64,000 bases of DNA from NCBI GenBank assembly GCA_951406725.2, contig OX597822.1:85994001-86058000 (forward strand). The letters are read 5' to 3'. The DNA comes from Octopus vulgaris. Its lineage: Eukaryota. Positions 24,725-38,615 of the stretch are shown one piece after another. The position numbers and the translations under genes are program-made. The first letter of the stretch is position 1, and each line of letters begins with the position of its first letter. Under the pieces are notes generated by a model. That model was not told the DNA's origin. It was given only the letters and a program-made list of their open reading frames with translations, and searched no databases.

Positions 24725-26045
24725 CATGGGAAGGTCAGCTGCAAAGTTCATAGGTTGACCAAGATACTCTCACGGAATGTGACCAAATAAAGTTCATTTT
24801 ACAACATAGTACCCCCCCCCCCCCTTGCAGTCTACACATTTCTTCAATTGGTGTTGCAATGGTTGGATCCCATTGGTGAAGAAGCTTTCATTCTGTTGGT
24901 CAAAAAAAGTTATCAGCAGCAGAAACAACATCATCACCAATACAATAGTGATCCTCAGCCAAGTGTTTTTTTCACATTGGGGAGCAGATGATAGCCAGAT
25001 GGAGACTATTCAGGAGAATAGAGCAGGTGGTGGTGGTGGTGGTGGTGGGGTGTCCCAACCAGTTCAATGCCACAGTTACATACAGCAGCCATTGAAACCA
25101 AGGATTTGTATATTGGAGTATTGTCTTGATGAAACAAGACCCCTTTTGTCAGTTTTCCTGAGCATTTGGTCTTGATAGCCTTTTGTAACGTTCTCAGCAA
25201 GATGACGTAGTATTTACCATTCATGGTGTGGCCCCTTTGAAGATAGTCAATAAACACAATGCTTTTAGCATCCCAAAATCCTAGGTCATCACTTTCCCTG
25301 CAGATGAAACGATCTGAGCCTTCTTTGGAGCAGGTGAGGAAGGGTGTTTCTACTGCATGCATTGTCTTTTTGTCTCTGCCTCAAAGTGATGAAGCCAACA
25401 CTCATACAGGTTTGGGAAATGTTCAAGGAGACCAGCTGGAACTGCCTCAAACAATGTCAGATTTTTCCATGATGTGATCAGCCTCTTGCACTTTTGGTCA
25501 GGTGTCAGATGTGAAACCACCAAAGTAGAAACCTTCGTCATGTCAAGTTCATTATGCAGAATGTTCCGAACTCTCTCACAGGATATGCTAATAGCTTTGG
25601 CTCTTTGATTTATAGTCAGTCACCTGTCATCTGTCACCAAGTGATGAACATAATCAATGTTTCTGCACAATGTCCAGACCTTGGGTCATCTTCAAGACTC
25701 CATTCCCTTCCCCTCCTAAATTCAGCTGCCCACTTTTGCATTGTTAATAAAACTGGTGTGTCCATCCCCTAATGTAGCAACCATGTCAGCATGAATGTTG
25801 TTGGGGACAAGACTGTTTTTCTGCAAATACCTGATAACACCACAATGCCAAATTTTGTCCATTTTCAAGTGAAGTTGCCATTAGTTACTTTTGAAGTTTT
25901 CTTTGAACAGTCAGATGTCAGTTTACCTGAAAATAAACAATACAGTTATTAATAAGAAGAATTGAAATTAATGCATGCAAGATTTCACAGCTCCAGCAAC
26001 ACTCCTTCATAGTCTACCTGTGAATGTTTCAGGCCACCTTGATGT
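24725..26045 (-). mobile_element. Decayed mariner transposon (about 1.3 kb)
   Basis: Transposase remnants FWDAKSIVFIDYL..G.TMNGKYY, GVLFHQDNTP, HLTPDQK; eroded inverted ends. Confidence 0.88.
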
Positions 26046-26610
26046 GTGTGTGTGTGTGTGTGTGTATGCAGTGGGTTATTGGACTGCAAAGAAATAAGAA
26101 AGAAACAGTTATAATTTCAACAATATAGCAAATAATATACAGTCATGTTCCAGATAAAATTATGTAGAATTACAATGGTTCTCACTCACCAAACTGGTCA
26201 ACAAGTGCATTCTTTATATACCTGTCATTGTCAGGTATTCTTCTAGTTTATTTTAATTGCATTTACAAAAGCAACAGCTTTTATGTTAGGTGTCCACACT
26301 CCACTTGAGATGTGCACCATGAAGACCCTCCCCTCACCTTCTTCACTGTCAGCTTATGAAACACTGTTTAATTACAGTGCTCCCACTGCTGCTAGTAGCG
26401 ATGCACTATGCGTGATCTAGAAGACCTGTTTAAGCAAAGTGGACTGTGTCAGTTGAGGGTTCAATGTTTCTGTCATAAACAATACATAGAAACCACCGGA
26501 TAGGAGTTTAATAGTTTCATTTATCAATGATTTCACCTTGATCACCACCACTATCATTGATTATTTATTTCTATAATTCTCACCCTAATTACTTGTTTGC
26601 ATGTTTACAG

Positions 26611-26688
26611 AAACTGAGAGGGACAACTGATGCCCTCTATGTTTTGGCCAAAGCCCAGACACGGTTTGAATTCATCTTCACAAATTTG
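26611..26688 (+). CDS. BBS5: BBS5 exon 5 (KLRGTTDALYVLAKAQTRFEFIFTNL)
   Basis: RFEFIFT motif; tttacag acceptor, gtaagt donor; 78 nt. Confidence 0.98.
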
Positions 26689-27911
26689 GTAAGTGTAATT
26701 ACAAGTTTCATTCTATTGCTCCTGGACCCTAAACACCATCTCAAGTTCCTCTTACCCTAGCACAATTCACTGAGAAAAAGTCATATAATAATACAAGAGA
26801 TAACACAGTTTTCTTTTGAATGGCAACTTGTGTGAGATTCTAAATAAACAGAAAAGCCTTTTGCTAGGCCACCTTAATGCTATTGGTCAGTTGACAGTAG
26901 CTTAATAGAAACCACAAGAACCACAGAAACGATTTAACAGTTGTCCATTCCTGCTATGAGTTCTGTCTGTTCTCAGAATGTGTCTTTGAAGAGGTGTCAA
27001 CATTTACATCTGTTCTTTGACAACATTTGTATTTTATTATGAATATTCCAGTTATCTCTAAATGGATAATATATTTACAGTACGAGTGGAGGAGTGGAAT
27101 GTCAATCTAAAATATTGTCTAAAATATCTGTTAATGTTATTTACATTACATTTGACGGATATTTGTCCTCATATCCGACAGGTGTAAATAATGTACATCA
27201 TTCCTCATCTCTCAAATATAGAACTGTATCTGTTAATGTGTATTGCATTAAAGCAAACTGACAAGTGTGTGTGTGTTTCATTCAGGGATTAGATTTTAAC
27301 CTGTTGCCAATTTCTGATAGTTTTGTTCCTTTTTACATAGAAATAGCCAAATTACTTGTGATTAACTGACTCGTTTCGTTCACTTGTACAAATATAATAA
27401 CTGCTTTTCAGCACATTCTACCATATTTCAATAGAACCAGCTGCCATAAGCAACTTGGCTTTTATTCCAGAGTTCTTCCACAAATATGTCAACAGGTTCC
27501 ATATTTTGGGGTTATTTGTCATCAATCTTGTTTGTTAATTTGTTATTACTTAGTGGATTCTGTTGTCAACATAATGAGTCTGGGAAAGGTGGTGAACTGA
27601 CAGAGCCATTAGTACACTAGGCAAAATGCTTATCAGCATTTCATCCATCTCTACATTCTGAGTTCAAATCCTACCAAGGTCAGCTTAGCTTTTCATCATT
27701 TCAGTGCTGATAAAATAAATACCAGTGAAGTACTGGGGTTCATGTAATCAACTTACACCTCCCACAAAATTGCTGGCTTTGTGTCAAAATTTGAAACCAA
27801 TAGAATATGCCTAGTAACTATTTATTTGAATCCAGTTGTGAAGCATCGAAATAAAATATTCATTCAAGCAAAGATATAAAGGTCCTTTAAGCAGTTAGCC
27901 ATATTGAATAG

Positions 27912-28298
27912 CAGGAGTGGCTGTGTGGTAAGTAGCTTGTTTACCAACCACATGGTTCCAGGTTCAGTCCCACTGCGTGGCACCTTGGGCAAGTGTCTTC
28001 TACTATAGCCTTGGGCCGACCAAAGCCTTGTGAGTGGATTTGGTAGACGGAAACTGAAAGAAGCCCGTCGTATATATGTATGTATATATATATGCGTGTG
28101 TGTGTCTGTATTTGTCCCCCTAACATTGCTTGACAACCGATGCTGGTGTGTTTATATCCCCGTTACTTAGCGGTTCGGCAAAAGAGACCGATAGAATAAG
28201 TACTGGGCTTACAAAAGAATAAGTCCCGGGGTCGAGTTGCTCGATTAAAGGCGGTGCTCCAGCATGGCCGCAGTCAAATGACTGAAACACGTAAAAGA
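27912..28298 (+). mobile_element. tRNA-derived SINE, well-preserved copy
   Basis: A-box tggctgtgtggt, B-box ggttcagtccc, central ttgggcaagtgtcttctactatagcc domain; multiple copies in the window. Confidence 0.9.
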
Positions 28299-28691
28299 GA
28301 GCAGTGATCACATCACTCTCATTTGACCTGACAAATATGTCAAACACACAACTGGGAGCATGAATACTCTAGTCACATAACCAGTTGCCATGTTTTTGAT
28401 AACCTTTTGTCACTGTCTGCTGCGTGACTTTAATTGTACAATTGTAACACAAATGAGTTGGTGTTAAATAACCAGAGAGAGAGAGAGAGAGAGAGAGAGG
28501 AATGGTAGAGAAAGATTGGTAGGTAAATAAATATAGATAGGTAAAAATAGATAGATAGATAGATAGGCAGACAGACAGATACAAAATAAACATAGGAGTG
28601 GAGGTATAGATTGTTGTTGACCAGATATATTAGACAGGTTGGTAGAAAGATGGATGGATGTATATAGATCTGTGTGACCTGTGTGAATTAT

Positions 28692-29097
28692 CTTTTACTT
28701 GTTTCAGTCATTAGACTGCGGCCATGCTGGTACACCTCCTTGAAGAATTTTAGTCAAAATGAATTGACCCCACTACTTATTTCTTTAAGTCTCATACTTA
28801 TTCTATCGGACCCTTTTGCCAAACTGCTAAGTTACAGGGATGCAAATATACCGACACCCATTGTGAAATGGTGAGGTGGGGGTGGAAACACAGACACAAA
28901 CACAAACACACACACATACACACATATACATATATATGACGATTATCTTTGAGTTTCCATTTACCAAATCCATTTCTAAGGCTTTGGTTGGTCTGAGGCT
29001 ATAGTTAAAACACCTGCCCAAGGTGTCATGCAGTGGAGCTGAACCTAGAACCATGTGATTGGGAAGCAAACTTCTTACCACAGAGCCAATCCTGTGG
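28692..29097 (-). mobile_element. tRNA-derived SINE, inverted relative to the 27912 copy
   Basis: Diverged reverse-complement copy. Confidence 0.85.
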
Positions 29098-32000
29098 CTA
29101 TGCATGTATACATAGATACAACACATGCATACAAGTATATACATACACACACACGCACACACACACACACGCACGCATGCATGCACGTGCGCACACACAC
29201 ACACACACACAGAGTTGTAGCTAGTTACACAGGCATAGGCTGGTTGTTAGATAGATGGGTTTAGATAGATATGTGATTTGAAAGAAGATAACTTGGGGTT
29301 GACTAGGTTCATAAATATATAAGTATATTGTTGCTGCTGTCATCATCGTCATTGTCATCATTGTTGTTGTTTACCCTTACACCAGACCCGATTAAACCAA
29401 ACTATGATAAAAAATAATCCTGCAATGAAAATTTTTATCTCACCTCACATTTCTTTCAAGTCATCACCCAAACTTTTCCTTCAATATCAACTTCCCCGAT
29501 CTTGTTGTATTTTTGTTGTTGTTTTTATTTCACCCCAGTTCAGCATTTCTTCAGTAGATCTGTAATCAAAGACATCCTGATTCTGTGGCCAAAGATTGGC
29601 CATGATGTTATTCACAATCACATTCCAACAACTTGATCACAGGCATGTTGTCTCTTCTCTCTGCCTTTTCTACAAATTCTGGTCATCTCTATTCAGACTA
29701 ACTTTTCTTGCCTTCTCTTGTCACCCATATTATTTCCTCCTATCCACCAAGCTCCAAACTAAGCACTTTGTCCCTTCTTTCCTTCCTAGTCCATTGACTC
29801 TTGGCTATTTCCTCTTTGCACAGGTTTCTTAACCTGGAGCAAAACAACAACATCAGCAAGGACAACAACAATCTGATTAGTTCTCACAGAGTCCCTTCTA
29901 TTTTTCTCAAACAACATACTTTAGATTGAGCTCCTTTCACCACCCAACTCTTTCACCCTTTACTTTCTGCAGAAATCCGTTCCAATCACAGTAGACATGC
30001 AAAAGTATGACGCATTCTCCAAGAAGGGTTTCTTCTCCGACCTTGTCAACTGCCATCCTCTCAAACACACATTTTTATTTAATCACTTAATCAGAGGTGG
30101 AATTGTACTGCCTATGACCCTTTACCGGACTTCTGAGGCAAGTGGAGGGAGGGAAGGAAGGAAGGAGGGAGCGAGTAATCAATCCATCCTCCCTCCTCAC
30201 CCTGCAAGCCTTGTCCGAATGTCTGCAACAGAATTGAATTTGGTAAAGGCACCCAACAGCCAGGTGATGGTGTTCAATTGGGCAACAAATTAAGACAAGT
30301 TGTGGAGACAATCATAATTTCATCCCCTTCACTTTCTCTTTCTGTCAGTCCCATGTTTACAGAGCCAGCCCTGTATTTCTCTTATATCACACACTGACAT
30401 ATTTGATTTCAGGAACTTCAGTGAAAGCAATGTTGTTACCCTTAACTAAAGATTTTCATTAGGAACTTTTCCATCATGGTGCCACCTATGCAGCTTTAAC
30501 TGTGTTTTGGGTTATAATTTTGCTGCCAGACTGTTCCATTACAATGGAACACAGGACTCTTCCCTACAAACATTTTAAAAGCACTGACCTCTCTCTCTCT
30601 CTCAACTAATCACTGTTATTATTGATGTTTCCATTCTTCTGTTAACTTTTTGCACCTAATATACTTACCTCTCCCCTTCTTTCCATCACTCACTCCAAAC
30701 TTCACTAAACGTTTCGCCTGATTATTCCTCTGCAAAACTGCAACCCTTTCGAATTACTGCCATGACTACAATTTCTTACATATATTAAACTTCAGAAATT
30801 GAAATTGCACTTTAACATTAATCTGGAATTACTTACAAATGGTCATGAACACTGCATTCCTCCAACTAAGTCATTTGGAAAAATATTTGATGTTATTTTG
30901 TCTTGTTTGTTTGGAGTTTTTCCCCTAATTAAATGCAAGCAACTTTACAGTCCATACAGCTTGACCATTTTCCTCTTCTCCACTAATTTTTTTTTTTGCT
31001 TACATTTGTAAACAATTGCATAATTGAATAGAATATGCTCCCAACAGGCCACTCACTATTTTGCTACAATTAACATGTTTAATCATCCAATTAGCATGCA
31101 GTAATTTGTTTTCAAAAGCTGTCGTTAAAATGAAGATGATATCATTTATATAAGCCAGTATACTGATTATCTCCATTAGCTCAGGTAATTTTTTTCTTCA
31201 ATAAACTTTGAGCTTGTGTGAACTATGTGGGTACCTCTGATTCCTTGACCCACAAGAGAAGTCGCACTGGACAACAAAGACTGGAAAGATTCAAGGAAAA
31301 AGAAGCAGAGGAAGGAGAAGGGTGATATGAAAGTCCATCTTGACAAAGTTGCTGCAAGAAAAGCATCAAACATCAAAGAGCAGAACTGTTACAGAAAACA
31401 AAGAACAGAGAATCGTGGCAGGACGTTATTGCTTATGTCCTACATACTGTACATGGCACCCAAAGAAGAAGTCTTAGACATACAAAAAAAAGGACAAGGT
31501 CATCATCACTGCCAAACCCTTTGATTCTATGGATATAAACCAGGGTTGATCTGGGATGTAATAACAATAGCATTAACTGACTTCAGTCCGTCTATCTAGT
31601 TTTTCTGGGAGGATTACAGGAGTAGGAGCCTCAGACACTTCTTCCATCATAGGGTCCTAATAGAAACACTCATCATTAGATTTTCTGGTTGGATTCCCAA
31701 GAATGACCAACTGAGGCTATGGATGTCATCCAACCATCTCATTCTTGGTCTGCTCCCAGGTCTCCTACCACTTGTTCAGTTTGAAGAATGATTCTTTCAT
31801 TTGTTTCCATAATAAAACTCAAAAGTTTTAATAAACAGAGATTTTATGTAAGAAGTCAACTTGTGTAATTCACCACCAGAGTTACAGATTTTTGTGTGTA
31901 ATCTTATCCTGAATTTTGCATGTTTGTGCTGGTTCCATAACAGAATCTATGAAGAAACTCTTCTGAAACTTTTGCAACAGTAAGATCACTGCATGCAAAA

Positions 32001-32336
32001 ACGATCATTCTGCCAGGCTCAGTACATCTGCACCAACATCAGAACAAATAAGTTGCATGTTTCAGCCTTCAAATTCCAGACACCATGAAAGGTCCTTAAC
32101 ACTTTAACACAGTGAAATAATAATAACAACAACAGCAGCAGCAGCAACAACGACAATAATGATAAGGCCAGCAGTTCTGAGAGGTGGATGGGTAGTCAAC
32201 TTCTATCACTCCTTCTATTTGACTGGTATTTTAGTTTATCAAGCCTGAAAGGATGAAAGGCAAAATTGACCTTGAGAGACCATTTATACATACAGTGTGT
32301 AACAAAAATATGTGGTGGTGTACACACACGCGCATG

Positions 32337-32387
<51 letters not shown>

Positions 32388-33039
32388 ACATAAACAAGGA
32401 GTAAAAGATATTATGCAATGTATTAAAACATTGAATTTTATCTTAAATTACACAATGAAGACAATAAATGTGTGCATGCTTCATCATCATCATCATATTC
32501 CATTTTCCATGCTGGCATGGGTTGGACGGTTCAATTGGGGCCTGGGAAGCCAGGAGGCTGCACCAGTCTGATCTGGCAGTGTTTCTACAGCTGGATGCCC
32601 TTCCTAATGCCAACCACTCCAAGAGTGTAGTGGGTGCTTTTTACATGCCACCAGCACAGGAGCCAGAGGGGGCTGGCAATGACCACGATCGGTTGGTGCA
32701 TTTTACGTGCCACCAGCACTGAAGCCAGTCAAGGCAGTGCTGGCATCGGCCACATTCAGATGGGGCTTTTTATGTGCCACCAGCATGGGGCTCACTACTA
32801 CAATTACCATTTGATTTTTATTTTGATGTACTTGACTCAATAGGTTTCCTCAAGCACAGCATGTCACCTACAATCCAAGGTACTTTTGAGTGGGCTGGGG
32901 CTGGTTATGTCACACTAGTGTAGGTTTCAGCTGTGAACTCACTTTATTTGCCGGGTCTCCACAGTCACTGCATATCTCCAGAGGTCTTGGAGTTATGTTT
33001 ATATATATATATATGTATGTATGTATGGTCGTGATAGCA

Positions 33040-33910
33040 ATTGATGTCATGTGGAAAACAATGGATAGCACTAGTTTTGAAATAATGTAAGGAGCAGGCA
33101 AACTGATGATTTGGGATTTTGCAGACAACTCGGCATTACTAAACTCTGTCAGAGATACACTGCAGGCCATGACAGATAGCCTTTACAGTTTGGAGGTGAA
33201 AGCAGGGCTGTGGTTTAGTGCTGAGAGGATTAAAACCATATCAACTGGTGGAGCCCAAACACAACTTGTCAAGTTTGGTCATGAAGAAATCAAGTACATT
33301 GATGGGTTTACTTATCTCAGAAAGTGTATTTCCAATGAGGATGATGCAGAAGTTGAAGTCAAGACCAGAAAAGGTAAAACAATGTCAGCATTTCAATACT
33401 TTTGTTTAATACAAAGATCAAAGACCATCTGTAAGAAGATAAAGTTACAGCTACTCTACTCATTTATCGTTATGCTAGCAGCTATGTCTGTGAAATCTGG
33501 AAGAAGACAACAAAGATCTCTCAATTACTAAATGTGTTTCATTAGTGCTGTCTACATTGAATCCTGAATGTCTCTCACCCGAACAAAGTGAGAAACAAAA
33601 AGTTGACAAGAGGAACTGGCATGGGAAATTTGCAGGACATGGTGACTAAGTGATGGATACAGTTTACTAGTCATGTTCTTCAATTAATGCAGGAGAGATA
33701 TACTACCACTGTGATGGAATGGACACCAATAGGTGGAAAATGACCAAAGGAAAACCAAGGAAGACGTAGTGTTGTACATTCCAGGATGACATAATAACAA
33801 CAGGAAATGGACCAAGTGGAACCAGGAACAAAGTGAGCAATCGGAATGTCTGGAGAAGGTGCATTGTCCATTATGTTGACAGCACTGGGGAATCTAAGAG
33901 CTAAGCTAAG
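33040..33910 (+). mobile_element. Decayed RTE-clade LINE 3' fragment
   Basis: ORF 33106-33531 has DFAD(N), GL...K, FTYL and IKLQL reverse transcriptase motifs; ends in a (CTAAG)n tail. Confidence 0.8.
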
Positions 33911-33923
33911 ACATATGTATGTA

Positions 33924-34140
33924 TGAAGAGGTGCTGAAAAGTTCCTGGCTTTAAGGGTATCACAAAAGGTCCGGTTGGAAGCCTGATTTTCCTTGTTCTT
34001 TTACAGGGCTTAGAAAATCTGAAGGACCACTGCGATAAGTGTGTGAATCTGAGAGGGGAATATGTTGAATAGAATCATAGTTAACTGATCCTCCTGTATT
34101 TTCTTTTACCCAAAGCCAGGAACTTTTCAGCACCCCCACA
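33924..34140. mobile_element. Mariner-derived MITE (217 bp)
   Basis: TIRs ggtgctgaaaagttcctggcttt / aaagccaggaacttttcagcacc, TA flanks, internal transposase C-terminus (KCVNLRGEYVE*). Confidence 0.9.
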
Positions 34141-36038
34141 TATACCTATGTATGTATGTATGTTCATATGATGTATGTATGTATATATATATGAATGTAT
34201 GTATATGCATATGTTCGCATGCATACTCACACAGACACAAATACGAGTAAAAGATTTAGAACCCTTCCTCACAAAGATGAGAATCTACCCCTTAGGTTCC
34301 TCATACTAGAACCAAATACATCCAAAAGGGCCTATGAATAACCTCTGAATTGGTCAAGACAAAAAAATGTCCTCTTTCAATTTCCAGTATCAAACAGTCA
34401 TAACCTCTGTGTGTGTGTGGTTTCTACCAATATTTTATTGTCTTCTCCTCCTCCTCCTCCACACAGTCTTGACTCATGTCATCTGTTAATCCATTACACA
34501 ACTGTGAATCTCTTGTGATTTCGGAATATGGTCTCCTCTTCTTTCTTAATCTTACAACCTTTTCTTTTTGGTTCATTTTTTTTTTAACCTGTCACTTTCT
34601 TTTGACCTTCCAGGACAGTTTTCCACTGCTCTTCAGTAATTATTAATTCTAACTTTGGCATTTTACCAAAAATCTTAGAAGAGTATGTAGGTGACTTAAT
34701 TAATCTTGGTATGTTACTGCTTTTTGTGTTATAAACCAGAGAAGAATGAAAGACAAAGTTGACTTGTAAAATGGAAAGGCTTATAATTAAATCTTACAAG
34801 GAATGATGCTAGGACTTTACCATTCTTCAACTGCACCAATTTTTATAATAAAAATATTGCTATTATTAGTATTATCATCATCATAGGAAGGGCATCCAGC
34901 TGTAGAAACACTGCCACATCTGACTGGCCTGGTGCAGCCTTCGGGCTTCCCAGACCCCAGTTGAACCGTCCAACCCATGCTAGCATGGAAAGCGGACGTT
35001 AAACGATGATGATGATGATCATCATCATCATCATTTAATGTCTGTTTTCCACACTGGTATGGATTGGATGGCTTGACAGGAGCTGGTCAGTGTAAGAGCT
35101 GTACTGCAGCAGGCTCCAATTGTCTGTTTTGGCATGGTCTTTATGGCTGGATGCCATTCCTAATACCAATTACTTTACAGAGTGTACTGGGTGCTTTTTA
35201 TGTGGCACCAGCCCTACTCTCTATAACTGTAATAATCAGTCATAATTTAGGTATGAAGCTGATAATTTTGAGTTAACCTAAGTAGAATTTGAATTCAGAA
35301 CATAAAGATTCAGAACAAACTCCAGAAGGTATTTTGTCCCATATTCTGACAATTCTATCAATCTGCTGCTCTTCCTGTAGAACCATAAAATAGCAAGCAT
35401 CAATAAGAGAGCAAATATCAATGAGCTGTGAAATGATTACAACCAAAACTCACACAAATTGTATCCTACTGTCTTAAAAGGGTAACAAGGAGCATGGCTC
35501 AGTGGTTGGAGCATTGGGCTCACAGTCATGAGGTAGTAAGTTTGATTCCTCGAATGGGCTCTGTGTTGTGTTCTTGAGCGAGACATTTTTTTTCGCATTG
35601 CTCCAGTTCACTCAGCAATAGAAATGAGTTGTGATGTCATTGGTGCCAAGCTGTATTGGCCCCCTTGCCTTTCCTTTGGATAACACTGGTAGCATGAAGA
35701 GGGAAGGCTGGTATGCATGGGTGACTGTTGGTCTTCCATAAATGACTTTGCCCAGACTTGTGCCTTGGAAGGTAACTTTCTAGGTGCAATCCTTTGTGAA
35801 GGCGCATGCATAGTTTAGTGGTTAAGGTTTTGCACTCAGGATTGCAAGATCGTGGATTCAATTCCCAGATCGGGTGTTGCATTGTGTTCTTGAGCAATGC
35901 ATTCCATTTCTCGTTGCTCTGCAATCATTTCGACGTCTGACATGTGGCACCCAGTTGCACCTGTACAAATCATCTGTGTGGTTGTTTGGTAAGAAATTGT
36001 CAAACTCTCATACATCATTTATTAATGGAAGAGTCCAT

Positions 36039-36109
<71 letters not shown>

Positions 36110-36306
36110 AAAAAAGATGAGATGGTCAAAGGTGGAAGAACATTTCCTCAAAGATCTCCTCTCAGGTCAGAACCGACTTGGGGCTAAACAACAAGAAAAT
36201 AGAGAAACCAATCAGGAAATGACATTAAAAGACTTTTTTTGTGTTTTTATGAAATCCTTAAACATTGTAAAGTCATGAAACATGTATTTTATATTGGTTT
36301 GTTTAG

Positions 36307-36353
36307 GTGCCGGGGTCTCCAAGACTTTTCACATCTGTTATTGCAATACACAG
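36307..36353 (+). CDS. BBS5: BBS5 exon 6 (VPGSPRLFTSVIAIHR)
   Basis: Near-identical to BBS5 VPGSPRLFTSV; ttgtttag acceptor, gtaggt donor; 47 nt. Confidence 0.97.
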
Positions 36354-36729
36354 GTAGGTTTTGAATCTTTCTCTTCTTATATTAATGAATTGTTCCTGTT
36401 AGGAAGAATATCCAGGAGCGAAAATAATTGCTTCAGCACTTTACAAATGTCCAGTGTTGGAAGATCAATGTCACCCTTACTTTTCAAACCAAGCGAGACT
36501 ATCGTAGAGTCATAATAAACAAGAGGACTTGTTCTTGGTTGGATTATGTAGTTCCTGGTACTTGTGTGTGTGTGGTTAATATATGGATTCATCGAATTAT
36601 GTGACTGACATGGAAAGCTCCTCTAGTGGAGCCGGATATCATACCACATAGTAATTCAATACAGAGGACAATAATGCAGAGTCTATGCAACTGATATCAA
36701 GGAGTTCCAATTGATGAAATTATTTCATG

Positions 36730-36777
<48 letters not shown>

Positions 36778-37395
36778 AATAAAATTAAAAAAAGAACACA
36801 AAGGATATCATGGTACACGTGTTTCAAGCTTTATAAACAATCCGTTATTGCATCAGTGTATTATTGATATAAAAGATGGTATATATATATATATACAATA
36901 GAAAATCTAGAGGTATGAGAGGGGAATATATTTATTCACCACTTGTTAGCCTTAGCCTTAGGATTACAGCTGTTTTGCAACCTTCATCATCATCATCATC
37001 ATCATTTAATGTCTGTTTTTCATGATAATGATGATGATATGTGTATGCATGTATGTGTGTGTATATATGTATGTATGTGCAAACCAGAAACGGAACCTCA
37101 ATGCAGTTACTGGCTATGCTGGAGCTAGTGACTGACTCTACCTCAAATTTCACTGTATTGTCTTCTAAAAACAAAAACACATGAGAAAATAGGAAGGGTG
37201 AGTCATGGCTGGGACTCCTCTAGTCATGTACCTTTACTCAAACAGAGTTGACTTATGGTTTAACAACAACACTAATTAAATAAAGCACATAAATCTTTAG
37301 CCACAAAATTCACTTATTCCTAAGATAACTCAGAATTCTATGTGTGTGTGTATTACAGAGCGTGTATTTATGTGTCATATTTGTATGTATTACAG

Positions 37396-37531
37396 AGCAT
37401 ACGACACGACTCGGCTGTACCGTCAGCTGAAACTAAGAGGAGCCCTGATAGAAAACAAAGAGCTGAAGTTGCTGCCATTAGAACAACTGTGCAGCAAAGT
37501 CAATGGTGTTTGGAATCTCTCCAGCAACCAG
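37396..37531 (+). CDS. BBS5: BBS5 exon 7 ([45 protein letters not shown])
   Basis: GVWNLSS motif; tattacag acceptor, gtatgt donor; 136 nt. Confidence 0.98.
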
Positions 37532-37656
37532 GTATGTGTGTGTGTGTGTGTGAGGAAGCGGTATGCCTGTTGCTGCATGACAGTGTTCATACATATAAAT
37601 AAATATGTGTGTGTGTATGTATGCAAGTGTGGTTATATGTGTGTGTGTGTGTGTAT

Positions 37657-37689
<33 letters not shown>

Positions 37690-38499
37690 AGTGCAGACAT
37701 GGCTATAGGCATGATCATGGCTGTGACCCACTTTCACACATATATCCAGAGGCCTACAATAATATACTATAAAATACCCTCGTTTGAAACAGATTTGAAG
37801 AAATATTTATAAATTCATGACCCACACTCAACACCCATAAAATGCAAGGGTTAAACATTTCTACGTATTAATCAAATTGCTTATGAAACAATGAACACCA
37901 AGAGAGCAATGTACAGACCATGTCCATTTGTGAAGACTAAAGCACAGGAAAAACAAATTTCTATACTAGCAACACCATAATATGCGTGACTAATAATTCC
38001 CACCTTCCAAGTACAAACAGGAAATGTCCTAAATAACAACAACTACAAGTAAAGAAACTGATCAGCTAAAACATGCTACCAACTTATAATGTTTTGTGAA
38101 CTCATAAAAAATTTTATTACAAAAAAGTTGATACATGAAATTATTAGGTTTTAAAATACTGCACTAAATTTTGACCTTTGTATTGTCAAGCAACAGATTA
38201 AATCCAATAAAACCAAGAATAATTAAATATCCACACCTGCTTACAATGTTCTACATACATGAATAAATTTTAAACACTAACATAACCCTAAATTTAATCA
38301 ATAAGCATTTCTCCAAGACACCTCCCCATGATGACCCACACTCTCAAGGGTGATTTTAACTCAACAGAGATTATACAAAGCCAAGATTAACTTCAATTGC
38401 AATCTGGCGATGGCTTAACTAGCTGAAATTTTGAAGCCACTGTCAACAACATTCTTGTTTATTGTTATTATTATTATTATTATTATCATCATCATCATT

Positions 38500-38540
<41 letters not shown>

Positions 38541-38583
38541 TAATAATAATAATAATAATAATAATGATAATACTATATGTGTT

Positions 38584-38615
<32 letters not shown>

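Noticed and set aside
17788-28298. tRNA-like A/B-box sequences as tRNA genes
   Set aside because: They are heads of multi-copy SINEs continuing into shared SINE bodies; no complete cloverleaf seen.
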